A stretch of 64,000 nt of DNA, taken from NCBI GenBank assembly GCA_045837725.1, contig JBEWZL010000282.1, forward strand, positions 434,001-498,000. The letters are read 5' to 3'. The notes beneath the pieces are model-generated. The model had not been told where the DNA came from and searched no databases. It saw only the letters and a program-made list of their open reading frames with translations. This document shows, in pieces, positions 11,665 through 24,500 of this stretch (the stretch's first letter is position 1; each line of letters begins with the position of its first letter). The position numbers and the translations under genes are program-made. This stretch comes from Vermamoeba vermiformis. Taxonomy: Eukaryota.

Positions 11665-14178
11665 ATGCCAACAGGTCTTGCCTTAAAGAACGCCGTCCTT
11701 TGGCAGAGGCCAACTCTCGAGTCAGTAATCAACCTCGAAACAAACGCGTCACCTTTCATTTCCCTCCCAGTACAAAAATTATACCCGCAAGTTAGTGCAA
11801 AATATTATGAAGCAATAGGCGTATTTACCGGGAATTGCACCGCTTCCTCTACCTCGGAGCTCTAAGTTTGCTATTTTTAGGATCGGATCCGGTTGTTCAA
11901 GTGCCCGGAAAACTACGAAAAATCTTAAGCGAATCACCAGACCAATTGCGGAATACGTTATTCAAATGCCTTGATATTATCGAACAGAGAAGCCAAGATA
12001 ATAAGCTTACACCAATCTTCGTCAATTTTCAGATCGGAACGACCGACGACTTCTTATTTTATTTTTGGACCAAGATCTGCAAAGACGGCGGAGAATCAGA
12101 GGAGCAACAAAATATCCTTCTCAAGCATTGGAGTCTACTTAATCCATGCCATATTGATCCTCAGAGTCCAGTTCTACCCGAGCAACCTTCTATTTTGGTA
12201 CTCCGTGCCTATGATAGTGTCGCTATTGACGAGGTCATCGCCGCAATGGGCAACACGAGGCACGTTCTGATGTTAGTTAGCAATCTCCAGGGGAGATTGG
12301 AACTTAACGGCTGGATCAATGGTGACAACAAAGATCGAGTGTACTTCATTAATTTCGCTCTCACTCACTTCGATTTTGAAGACAGAATGTAAGAGCAATG
12401 CGTATTATGTTGGACTGGCTTCTAATCCGATGTTTACCAACAGGTACTTGGACACCAGGGGACATGATGTTCCTCGGTGTCTGGCACAGACCGGCGGAAT
12501 TCCGCTAGCGATGCGCCAGTTGATGTACAAATACCCACTGGATACAATAGACGGCCTATTATATCAACACAGCTCCCACACAGTTCGTAACATTCTGCGC
12601 CAACTGTTTATAATGTACTGCAAGTGCTACACTGTCACCGCGGACTGGCAAGTCGATGGCATCTCTTATCTCGATATTGCGTTGACGGTGGGGCTGTTGT
12701 TGATCGATACAAAGACCAAACTGTTAGCCACGCCCGATGTCTCTTTTGCTTCCTTCGACAAAGATCAGAACGAGATCGCAACTCAGAAGTCATATCACAT
12801 TGTTTGGCCTGACCTCTTAAAGGCTAGGTACATGGCACTCAATCCAAGCGTTAAACGTCTCTATCCTGGTCCTGGTCTTACAGCGCCCGAACCGATGGAA
12901 TACTTCATATTGCAGAACTTGACGAATACGTTCATCGACTGCGAGATCACCTACGGAAGCAGATTCAATTTCTTTAGAACGTCTTACATCAAGCAGTGCT
13001 CCTTCTCCTCAGCACTGCCATTGATGCTTCCCAAGATCTTGGGTCCGAAAGAAAGCAAAAAGAATGTCGTATGGTCACGCCAAACTCCGCTTTCCGAAAT
13101 AGCAGCGATGATGCCTGATGACTTCTGGGAGCTCATTCAAACCGTTCCTGCTGGTCGAATGTTGACTTTCAGACCTCAATCGTGCAGCCCTGACATGATG
13201 GCTGTATTCCCAATGCCCCACGACAAGGGCACCATTTACAGAATACTCGCAGTTCAAGTTAAATCTGGCACAGAATCACACAATGACTTGGACTTGATTG
13301 ACGAGATAGCCAAGTGTCAATTGTTTGATGTTTCGAAGGACTTTGGCTTCCGACATATCGAATTCAAAGACCACCTGTTTCCATGTTCAGTCACCTTCGT
13401 TTTTGCTGCCATGAACTCATCTTCGCTGGTGACCTATTTGAAAGCTAATAACTTCTATCTCTCTAAAGAGGCAAGTCAATCAGCAGGCTACATTCGATGC
13501 ACGCACGAGTCGTGGAAAGTGCTGCCACCCAATGTAGAAGTCATCGTGCTGCTACAAGCAGGGCTCGTGCAACTCTTGGGGTGCGAGGAGAACTACGACT
13601 TTGTGAAAAACTACAAGCCCCACGAAGTTGCAGAAAGTGAAGGTAACCAGTAATATTCATTCAAACACGAAACTAAACCTGCTTATTCTAGCGGCTACGT
13701 TTTTGGATGAGATGAGTGACAACAGTCTTGAAACGCTCGCTGAGTCCCGTAAGTAACATTATTGCTTCACTAATGGGCTAACACAATCCCAGTTCGAAAG
13801 GACGTGCCACCGGGACTCGATGCGAATATGTTGCATGCAGGTCTGCGTGCGGCAGTGATAGAAGATATCAGCGAAAGTGACATGAACACTTTCTTCGAAA
13901 GGGTGGTGAAGACGTATAAAAAATTAAAGAGAGGCAACAAACCTATGCACAACTCAGAATCAATCGACTCAAACGAAAGTGAAACGACTGAAATTCCCTC
14001 GAAGAAACTACCCTCATCGAACAAACGCAAAGTTGAGGCCATAGTATCAGAAGAGGAAGAACAGCGTGCAAACAAGACAAGATGCCTGGAGTCCGAATCA
14101 ACGAGTGCAAATTCAGAGAACGACCCCAAGAAGTCCGATGCATTGGTGGAATTTGCAGATCTATTCGCGAAAGACTGA
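11665..14178 (+). CDS. Crinkler/RHS-like protein: degenerate NTPase-like region plus PD-(D/E)xK-like nuclease domain; 5' exon structure unresolved
   Basis: ORFs 11835 and 12319 are joined in phase by an intron at ~12390-12443. Motifs TGGIP and SCSPD...ILAVQVK (PD..QxK). Further introns link to the 13804-14178 exon. Confidence 0.5.
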
Positions 14179-14525
14179 AGTTGAGCTCGGCAAGATTTGC
14201 GTGGTCGTATTGTATTTAGTTGTAGAATTTGTTTTGTTTCGTTAGATTTAAATGATTATTTTTCTCGAGAAAGTCCTGTAATAATTCGTGCCGACAAATG
14301 CCGTTCAACGACTCTGGCCATTTACCTCAGGAACTACGGTTGGGGTAGGGCTCCCTACTGGGTGTCTGGTTTTTACGCACACGACGGGTCTTTCCAAGAA
14401 GAGCAATGATGGCTGTAGGTGTTTTCAAACAAGAGTGTCAACCTCAATCGATGTTAAAGCCTTGCACTGACACACCAAACATATCTATTTACATTGACTT
14501 ATTTACATTGTTTGCTGTCGCTAGT

Positions 14526-17500
14526 TCAATCATTCGTCAAGGCATTCCAAAAGTCCTCAAGATCATCGCCGTTAATACTACCACTTTCAAGTTGGTCCTC
14601 ATCGTCTCCTTCATTATTGTTGTTATCGTTCGGTTTATTCTCTTCGTTCTCGAGAGGCTCACGATCACTCCTATCTTCTTCGTCCTCAATAACAACTGTT
14701 TGTTTTTGCTCGTGCATTTTAACGTCGTTGTCATTGCTTGCATCCTCAATAATGATCTCAGGTCTATTAACATGTGACACCATCACCACGTCATCGTCAT
14801 CGTCAATAATGTTATTGTTGCTGCTCCTCTCGTTCGATGAAGGCTCATCTAACACTGCCTCCACATCACTGTCCGAGCTCTTCTCCTCGCCAAACAACTC
14901 GCTCTCGTTCAGCGCACTTTGCATCAAAATATCATCGTCGCTGTCACTGTCTTCGACTACTTGCATGCTGTTGTTCAACGAGTCCATGCTCTCGCGCAGA
15001 TCTGCTGCAGATGAGGGCTCGATGTAAATGTGAGTCCAGCCCTTGCGCTTTGCATTTTTTGACGCCCAACTAAATCAATATTAGACATGCACACCTAGTA
15101 GAATGAACAACACTTACACTTCCAGCATTCGCCCTTTGCCAGTGGTCGAGTTGAAGTTCGCCTCAGGCAACAAGGTCTCGATCATGTTGTACACGTACTC
15201 CATTGGCTTCTCACACCTCATGCCCTCAACGTCGTCTTTAGTCTCCAGCGAGGGGTATTCAACGACATCGGGGTTGCGTTGATGCCGAAGTTCCATATCT
15301 CCATGGCCCTGATAGCCGTGTTAGACCCGTCACACGTGACATTCTCCGTAGTCGACTTACCTTGCGGAACAGAAGCAAAGACAGCTTTGACTTGTTGAAG
15401 TACTCGCTCTCTTCCTCCATCATCTTGTTGTTCACGTGCTTCTTCATCCACATCAAGTTTTCAACGTACAAGAACTTCCATTTTTTCGCCAGTCGTATGA
15501 TCTGATGCAACAGTTACTATCAAGTGCTTCTTTGGACTCTTGTTAAACTTACATCGCTAATGAACTCCTTCTCGATCCACACGAACAGAAATCCTTTTGG
15601 AATCAGCGCGTTGCTGACCTTGATCCAAGTCTAGAATACGCGTCAGTTTGGACTAAATGAGGACCTTAAGCGCATCACTTACTTGCACATCATCAATGGT
15701 GACATAGCCCTTGCCGTACGTTTTGCCATCGTTCTCCTTTGGTCGCAATGGCGGGTCAAGTAACAAGGCAAAAAATGGTCCAGCAGACTCAACTTCATCC
15801 CACGCGATCTTCGGCAGTTTCGATGACGCGTAGTTGTAGCCTGTCACTTTGACACCCGACATGTCGCCCTCACTAACAACGTTAAAATGATGAAGTGGGT
15901 GATATAAACGACTTACCCTAAGTATGGCGTGATCATCCGAGGCCACTCTAAGCCCATTGGAGGCTTGGCAAGTCGGACCATGTCAGGCGGAGGTATTTTT
16001 CCGCTCTCCATCAAGTGCTGCAGCGTGTTCGTGCTGACACTCGATACGCCCGAGAAAAATCGTGACAAATCTTGTTGTTTCAATGATGACGGCGATACAA
16101 CTGGCGAACGTGTCTTGGTCGAGGCCACAGCTGCCCGCACAATAGCTCTATCCGCATGTATTGGCTTTCTGTTTGAGAGTCAGCTTAAAAATACTATGAA
16201 CTCGCGCAACGTACTTTGCTTTAGAAGGCTGTGTCGGGGTAGTTTTCTTTGACAGGGCGAAGAATCGATCGAGCGTTGGTGTGTTGCCGACAGGTGACAC
16301 AATCTTTCGCTTCTTGTTGCCTTGCTCGACAGGACTACGATTCATGTTGTTATCGGGTGTTAACTCGTCCTCGGCCTTTCTCTTCTTCGACCCACCGCTG
16401 CTTGGACTCACTTCAGACTCGCTCTTTTCGTTGTGACTGGACAAGTCCAAATTGTGGTACTCGCAAATCCATTGATTGATTTTGTTCTCTTCTTCTTTCG
16501 TCTCTTTAGTTTTCCACGAGCTCATTAAGCTGAGCTCATTCTATTCGAGGTTAAAAGTCTGCAAACCACCTGAACGTCACGATGCGTACCTCGGGTAACA
16601 AGACATTGTAAGACTTGGTCGGCTCTTCTACTTGGACCTCTTCGTCTTGATCTTTGTCGCTTTTAGGTACCTTGACGCTGTTGTCAACAATGACACCTTG
16701 CTTCAACAAACTCCTGAAGTAACTCGCACACTGATAGCCAACCCGATGAGGAATCGCCTTGCTAAAAACACCCCAATAGTTGCCGATCTGCGGAACTCGT
16801 TAAAATCGCGAGAAAATGGCCGAATGTTTTACGTACCGGCCAGTCATTGATTTTGAATTCAATGTACCGCTTCATCCACTGAGTATGCTCCTCAACAGTG
16901 AACTTTCCATTGTGCTGCAATACACCAAGGTCCGTAAATCTATAGTAATACGTGTTGGGATTCGTGTGGCGCAACTTCCAGGCTGTAATTTTGGCCTTTG
17001 ACCAGTCTTTCACTTGTTCCTCGGTGAAATTGTCTTCGCCGGATGATTTGTTTCCTTTCGCCAAAGCGCTTTTGTACTCTTCAATCGACCACTGTATAAA
17101 CTTTTCTCTGTCCTCTTCAGTGGCAATAGGAAACTCTCGCTGTACACGCGTTAATCATCTCACTTTAAACTAACTTTCTAACATGACGTACTTCCTTCGA
17201 GCGGATAGTCGGAACTGCGGCACCCGAAGAAGCTTTCGCCTCTGTTAAGCTGCCGCTGGAAGGCGTTTCTTTTTGTTTGATACGCTCACTACGAGCCCGA
17301 GACAAATCAGCGATGGAGAGCATGGGCGTTTGAGACGCCGTGTTCTTTAAAGCCTCTTTTGGTCGTGCTTTTGTTTCTTTGACTTCTTTCTTCTTCACTG
17401 GACTGTCAACTTCAAACGACGAATCAGAGCCAATGTTTAGCGGCACATCTTTCGAACCAAGATGTATCGTAGGTTTAGAGGGACCTGACTTTGCTTTTGC

Positions 17501-18901
17501 CTCCTGGGTTTGCTTAGCTTCGTCCTTATTTGGTGGTGTCTTCTTGGTCTCGGTCGCTGCTTCGAGTTTGCGCTTCACTTCTTTTGTTGCCTCGGCTTTG
17601 TTGACATCGTCCTTTTTAGCACTTTTATCCGCGGATTTGGCTGTAGACATTAACGACAACTTTGTGCTCTGAATGTAATTAGCAATGGCAATGAAATGAG
17701 ACGCGAGTCTTACCAATTTTGTGACAGGCTGTGATGTTGGCATAAAATCATCGTCACTATTGAGCGTTATAGCATTACTCTTATTGCCAAATAAGGACAG
17801 TGGCCGTGGCTTTTCCTCGTTTGTGGCCTTTGGCTTGGGTGGTTCTTGGGTCGGCTTCGTCGGTGAATCGAATGCGACCTGTAACAATCTTCTGTTGGCG
17901 ACGACACGTGGTGCTGACGACGGAATTGTCTGCTCCTTGTTGTTGTCCTTCGTAGCATCATCCGAAGGCTTACTCGTAGCCTCGCTGTCTTTACTTTGAG
18001 CCTCCTTTCTTTCCGTCGGCTCAGCTTCTTGTTTGGTTTTTGCTTTGTCCGTCGCTTTGCTTGGCTTCGATTGCCATGGCACATCTTCATCCGCAACTGT
18101 ATCTATCGGCTTCGTAGATTGTTTTGCTTGCGAAGTCGGTTGGGAACTTTGTTTAGGCTTCGCAGCTTGTTGACTACTTGAACCGGACGTGAAGCTAACT
18201 TGTGATTTGATTGGAGAATGCTTTTGCTTTGGACTTCGTAAAGGCGACGAGTCTATTTTTTCCACGCTATCCTGAGCCTTGTTTGAGGCACGAGAAGTGT
18301 TCGTTGGGGTGTCAAAGTCATCCTCACTGTCACTTTCCAAAATCTTCGCTTTCACCGTATCATCAAACTCGTCAAATGAATCAGAAGACATTGATTCGAT
18401 TTTACGCATTTTGATTGGTGACGAGGGCGGTGTTGACAGGAGTGGACGTGAGGGCTGAGACTTGGTTGGTGAACTAGACCACGAGCTATTTTGTGTTGAC
18501 ACTTCGTTCGGTTTTTCTTTAGTTATATTATTTGACTTTTCAATTTTTTGTTTCGTTTTGGAGGGCGTTGAGCTCTTTGATCCAGATGCAGGCGAATTAT
18601 TTTCGTTTACAATTTTCTTTAATTGAGGCTTCGCTGATTTCGATGAGGAAAATGAGAATTCGTAATCATTTGCTGTATGGTTGACTAAATCAATTTCGTC
18701 ATTTTCGAAATCCAAATTAAAAATCTTCTTCGGTGTTGTTGCGTGTCTGCTGCCACTATTACTCGCTGAATTATTGTTCTGTGTTGATTTTAAATTTGAA
18801 TTTGTTTTATTTGCCAATAAAGAAGAGAAAATGCTTGGTTTTGGCGAAGAGTTGATCCCAGATGGATTCGAACTCAGTGACAAACTAAGCCTTTTGCTCA
18901 T
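14526..18901 (-). CDS. Large protein: S/K/P-rich disordered N-terminus + Myb/SANT-like domain + MT-A70 family (AMT6/7, MTA9-like) methyltransferase domain + acidic tail
   Basis: All exons join in phase through canonical GT-AG introns. Myb-like: NPNTYYYRF..GKFTVEEH..WGVFSKAIPHRVGYQCASYFR. MT-A70: LLDPPL, GFLFVWIEK, YVENLMW, KSKLSLLLFRK, MELRHQRNPDVV, EKPMEYVYNMIETLLP, MLEVWA..RKGW. Confidence 0.85.
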
Positions 18902-19123
18902 TAATAATGTTTTTAATTCTACATAGGTTGTGCTCTTTCTGCGAGATTCGAATCGAAATTGTGCAATAAATTCGCAGAACGAGGTTTGAATTTTGCGCGG
19001 GCTTGTCGCGCGATTAAATACAACTTAGTGCACGAGAGTAGTACGAAGGCCAGGTACCAATTTATTTCGTAAACCAAAAAAATTGGGATGTCAGTTCGGT
19101 GTGCAAGCGAATTATCGTACAAA

Positions 19124-21341
19124 TTAGATCTTCTCACGATCGACGCGATCTTCAGCGAAGGAAACAGTGGTAGGTTTATCCTTCGTTATCACGTCGATGG
19201 CTTCCTCGAAGAACTCCTTGAAGTTGAGCTGATGGTCTACACCGCCAGAGATTAACGGCCACCTGAATTTGATCTGCACGGGCTGCAACTTGTTCGATGT
19301 GTGCTCGCAATGCCGACTCGACAACATGCTTATGTCGACAGTGGTCGACTATATTATGGAAGAGACGTTGAAGTACAATTAGTCTCTGTTGAGAGAGCGT
19401 CAGCACACATCCACGACGCTGGTGGAGAATGCAGAGCCCTTAATAGGTACACGCAACTTGGGTCCTCTCTACAAAAATAATTTGGTCAGTTTTGCACGTG
19501 GGTTAAAATTAGCTTGACGGAATTATCCACCCCCGAATTTAAAATGGATTTTGCGTGGGCAATTTGGAAGTTTAATCCTTACCACTTCACGATTCATTGC
19601 TTCTAATCGTTGCCTGAACTCTTCTACTTCTTTGTCAAGTGCTGCAAGTTGCTCCGGATCCAGTTCTTCATCGTCTTCGAGCTCAAGATCACCAGCTTCA
19701 GCCATCTTAGAATCGTCGCTATCACCAGCAGACATTGCTGACCGTGACTCTTTTAAGTGTACACTGCGTGCACTGTTGGTACTATCAATGCTGTGAGCAC
19801 TGTCAAGAGCTGAATCTCGGCTCATGCTCAGATCAGAACCGCCGCTTCGCTGCAACAACTCCAATTGTTTAAACTTCATCTTAGATCTATCCTTCGCCTG
19901 TTCGGTGGCTTCTTTGGTCAAGACTTTTTGAGTTGGAGAAATACTGCCAGAGTTGCTCAACTTGATCGAAGTTGGCGGTGAACTCTCTGAGGCACTTTGA
20001 GAATCGGTAGACCCACGCAAAGGATCGTCGTTCTTGGTTTTATCCTTCTTGTTTTTGTTCTTTTTCTTCTTGTTGGATTTCTTTGGTGCGGATTTGTTTC
20101 CGGCTGGAGACTCACCAATAAACTCAAGCAGTTCATCAAGGGAACGGTTATCTACAACATAATGTATCAATATTGGTCCTCAATTAATGCATAAACGGTG
20201 CAGAGGAGCTTGGTTGAAGCTCTAAGACCGGTACAGTCGCGTGGATTTACCTTCCGCTGGCTGTTGTGGAGCAGCCTCCTTGCTGCCCTCTAATTGTGGT
20301 TGCTCTTCCTTTTTCTTTACAATCTTTCGGTGCAATCGATATCTAACTCCTAAATACAGCAACGCTTCGTCAGATCAAATCCAAAAATGGATTGGAAAAT
20401 TCGGTAATTCGAAATTGATTACACGTACCTAAAACACCCGAAAACCAATCGCTGTTGTTTATGATAGACTCTCTGATTTCCTCTCGGCTCTTGCCAGAGA
20501 CGTGTGTTGCAATTGCTTTTGAGGTCAAGTTAACCAAGCTCTTAATGTCCAAATAATAAGACGCCTAGTAAATAGGGGAGATCAGTCTAAAGTTTCTCCG
20601 AAGAGAGATTCACTGTGCGTATCAAACCGCGCAATGAATAACATAAACAAATTATTTCTCATTTTGCTAGAAATTTTGTCGATTATTGGAAACCAAATAA
20701 TTAAAATTTCTTATCGATCTGGCTTTGGCAAGAAAAGAGCGCGACCGCCATCTGCTGGTGTCGACAGCACGATTGATTTTATAAGAAAGATGCGTAAAAA
20801 ATGCGTATTGTCGCATTACTTGGTAAGATTGCGAAATGGATTGGTTCGTTAAATCTATTTCGAATTTTTACCGATAGTTGAACGGTCTGATATCGGGCAC
20901 AGTAGGCTGTGTAATAATAAATATACTTACGGAAGCAAGTTCGCATAATAATGTCTGGTCTACTTGGACAAACTTCGCATCCCACGTTTTGCGATCCTTT
21001 TCGTTGATGCTTGAATCCGCGTGGTATTTACAATAATCAAAGACTCTGCCAAGTGTAGCTGATTTAACATCGTGTAGTAATATAATTGCTTCGTCGTCTG
21101 TCTTTTTTAACAACGTTGCTAGCACGCGCCCTTCCTTTTTTAATATTACATGATCTTCCTCGATCGAAAATTGTCCACCCAGTGCATTTTTGAAGGCTCT
21201 TTTACCACTTCCTCGTAATAAATTCTTGACTGTCGTGCACATATTTACAATCTCCTCGCTGATTTCAAAGTGAGCTCCCTCGCAGCTTTGGATTTTGACA
21301 ATTTGTTTGCCAATACTCGCTGGTTCGTCTATAGGATTCAT
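19124..21341 (-). CDS. SKP1-like protein with a long C-terminal extension (resembles plant ASK20/21 type II SKP1)
   Basis: SKP1 POZ and dimerisation motifs: VKSATLGRVFDYCKYH, WDAKFVQVDQTLLCELAS|ASYYLDIKSLVNLT..GKSREEIR. The extension carries RSLDELLEFI and ALDKEVEEFRQRL. Confidence 0.8.
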
Positions 21342-21512
21342 ATTGGCAGTAAAAATATATATGGATGCTACTGTGTTCTAAAATAGTTTACAAAATGATC
21401 ACTGGCTGGATTTTTCGTACGCCCGCAATTTTGCCTGCCAAAAATTCCCTAAATTATTCGGGAAGGTCAAAACCGCGGAGGACAGCTCTGGCTCTCTTCT
21501 ATTTAACCTAAA

Positions 21513-24500
21513 ATGTCCAAGAAGTACACTACTGCCGAAGAAGTGTGGGACAAGCACGAGAATAAGTTGCTCGTGTACGGTAGGTATCGCGGGTAACAAT
21601 TCGAAATCTGATCAATCGAAATTACTAAACCAAGGCGCCCTTGTGTGATCGTTCGTTCACGTATTAATATTATCATCTTAGTCATCGAGGCTGCTAATCT
21701 CTTCGGTGGTGGTAAGTGCTGCGGAACGTGAAATTAGGTTCGAACAAAAGATCTCACCGTAATTTTAGGCAAATATGACGTTTATGCCAAGGTCATGGTT
21801 GGCAAAAAGACTATTGGCAAAACCAAGGTCGCTAAAAAAACAGCTAATCCAACAGTAAGTCAATTTAATTCTCCAACTGCCGCCTGTATTACCAAATATT
21901 TCCGTGCTAACAAATATTTTAATATAGTGGAACGAGTTGGTTTTTGGAGCGTAAGTATTTAGCGTCCTAATTTTTATTGGCTTGAAATGGAATTGCCTGA
22001 TCGTTTCGATACTTTACGTTCGCTATAATAGCTGCTTAATTTTATTCACTTTCGGCAACAAAAGCACCTATATGGGCGAATTTGATGAAGTGGTGCCTTT
22101 TCAAGTTTCCTAATGTTACCTTTCTTAGCGACGTGGATGCGTCCGAGTACTTGTCGATAGAGCTTCACCAAGATGCTTCTTTTAGTGCAGTCTGCCTTGG
22201 TCAAGCCGTTCTATATCAATTACAAACGTTGTCGCCTCAAGACGAGGTCATCGAGCGCTGGGTTGACTTGAAGCCTCGCTCGGGTAAAAAGGATCAAGTC
22301 AGCGGCAAAGTTCATCTGCGCATCTATTATTCGACTGTAAAGGTATGAAATACATGCAATATCTAAACTTTATACATAAACTAACTCCGTTTAGGAAACA
22401 CGATCAATGATGGACAAGAATCAACTTGAAACTGAAGATGTATATATGTACAATTATTACAAGCACTTGTTTAAGACAGGAGACTTGATTTCATTCAGCG
22501 GTGTCGGCATCACAGCCTCCGCAACAAAAATTATTACCAACGCGCCGTTCAGTCATTCTGGTGTCATTTTGAGACTCCCGAATAGGTACCGACGAACATA
22601 GTTTATGGTTTTGCCTGTTATTCATATTCTATTGTAGATTCACTCAAGAGCCCGAGTTATATGTATTAGAATCTACGAAGAATATCGACGGCTTTATAGA
22701 TCCATTCACAGAGGAAAGCGATTACGGTGTCAACATTTTTAGATTGTACGAGCGCCTGCATCAGTTCCACGGTGTTTCTGTAAGTTTCGAGTTCCCGTGT
22801 GTTTACTTAGCTAATAATATTAGATATGGTGGAGTCCTCTCCGTTTCGCCGTCGACGAACGCGTGTACCTTCAGACCATCGAGTGGTTGTGGGGTATCTA
22901 CAAACTGAACAAGAATTTGAATTTGAAAGAAAATCAGAAGTTAGCTCGTGACGTTGATCAGAGGGACTTGCTTCGAGCTTTCGGACCTGCATATGACTTC
23001 TTGGTGAAAAAGTTTGGCCTTGGCGGCAAGACTGCCTTTGACTTCTGCGAGATGGCATCTTGTGACTTGGTGACCCGTTTCGTCGTGTAAGTCTTTGCAT
23101 TTATACCTAGACGTCCCTAACATGATGTAGTCGTATGGGGCTGTTAAATCCTGAAGGAGTGGTGTCCGTACCTTCGCCATTGGATATAGTCAACTTCGGT
23201 TGCTACACCCGCCCTGTCTTAATTCGCGTCAAGAAAAAGTACTTCACTCCCGCCATGCTGCCGCCAGAACACCAGCCCAACATGCCATTGGAGCTATCGC
23301 AGCTAGATCAAGGGCCTAATGCACCTATTTCACCTATGGCCATTCAACCTCAGTCACAATGGATGCCCAACGTTAATAGATTCAAAGATCAGGAATTGGC
23401 GTCGAGAAACAAAGAAGAGGATCCTGACAGTCTGCTTGATTTGTCTGACGAAAATTTGCTGTCAATTATGAAGACTGGAGCGAAGGTAAGCGCCGTGCAT
23501 GATGTTAGCGACGGAAAGCACAACTAACTTTGAATTCAGGTTATGTATTTCCGAAAAAACAAGCCTCCCCAGCACAAGCGATTGTGGCTAAGTGAAGATG
23601 AATCAGAGCTCTGGTGCGGCAAATATTTGTACGTTACCCTTCAAGATGTGGAGGAGGTTCGTTTGGGCCAAAATACGCACGTGTTCGACAAGCACAAGAA
23701 GCTCGCCAATAATTTGGACAAGTGGTCATTTTCAGTTATGTTCGGCAAGCGTGGCAAATATGGTACGTTGTTGAAAGGCTCGACTTCGACCAATAATCTA
23801 ACGAAACTTCAGGACGCAACAACAACTCAATGGATATTACGATGATGACGGAGACTGAATGGCGCTATTGGACTGCTGGTTTGAAGATGCTCGTGCAACG
23901 ACAAAAGTCTCCGGAGATATTGTAAGAACTCGTAGTGTCTTCTCAATAATTGCGCGTCCTAATCGTTTTAATAGCTTCGTCCAACAAGCCTATTCTCGTT
24001 TGAGGAAACCTCGTTTGACTTTGAATCAAACAATTGCACTGTTGGAAGAAATCAACTTCAAAGCTCCTAAAGAGTTGATTAGAATCAAGTTCGAGGTAAG
24101 CGATTCGACTATTGACTTTGGTTTAAATATTAATATTAATCCTTGGCTCTATAGAAAGTCGATGATAACGACAACGGCTTTTTGGAGTTTGACGAGTTCC
24201 TTCAATTGTTGGCCAAGCTAAAGAAGCGACGCGAGATCAAAGTGTTGTTCAACAAGTACAGCGGAGGCAACAAGTACATGTCGCCGCACGAGCTGTTAGA
24301 GTTCTTGCACAAAGAGCAGCGTGATATGCATTACAACCAAGAGAACATTCACAACCTCATCAACCAGTTTGCTCATTCCACCGCCACTGTTCGCAAAGGT
24401 TGGAACTTGGAGGACTTCGAATACTACCTGACTGGCCCACTCAACAACACTTTAGTGGTCAAAACTGACCCGAATGAGGTACGTGCACCCTTCAGTCAAG

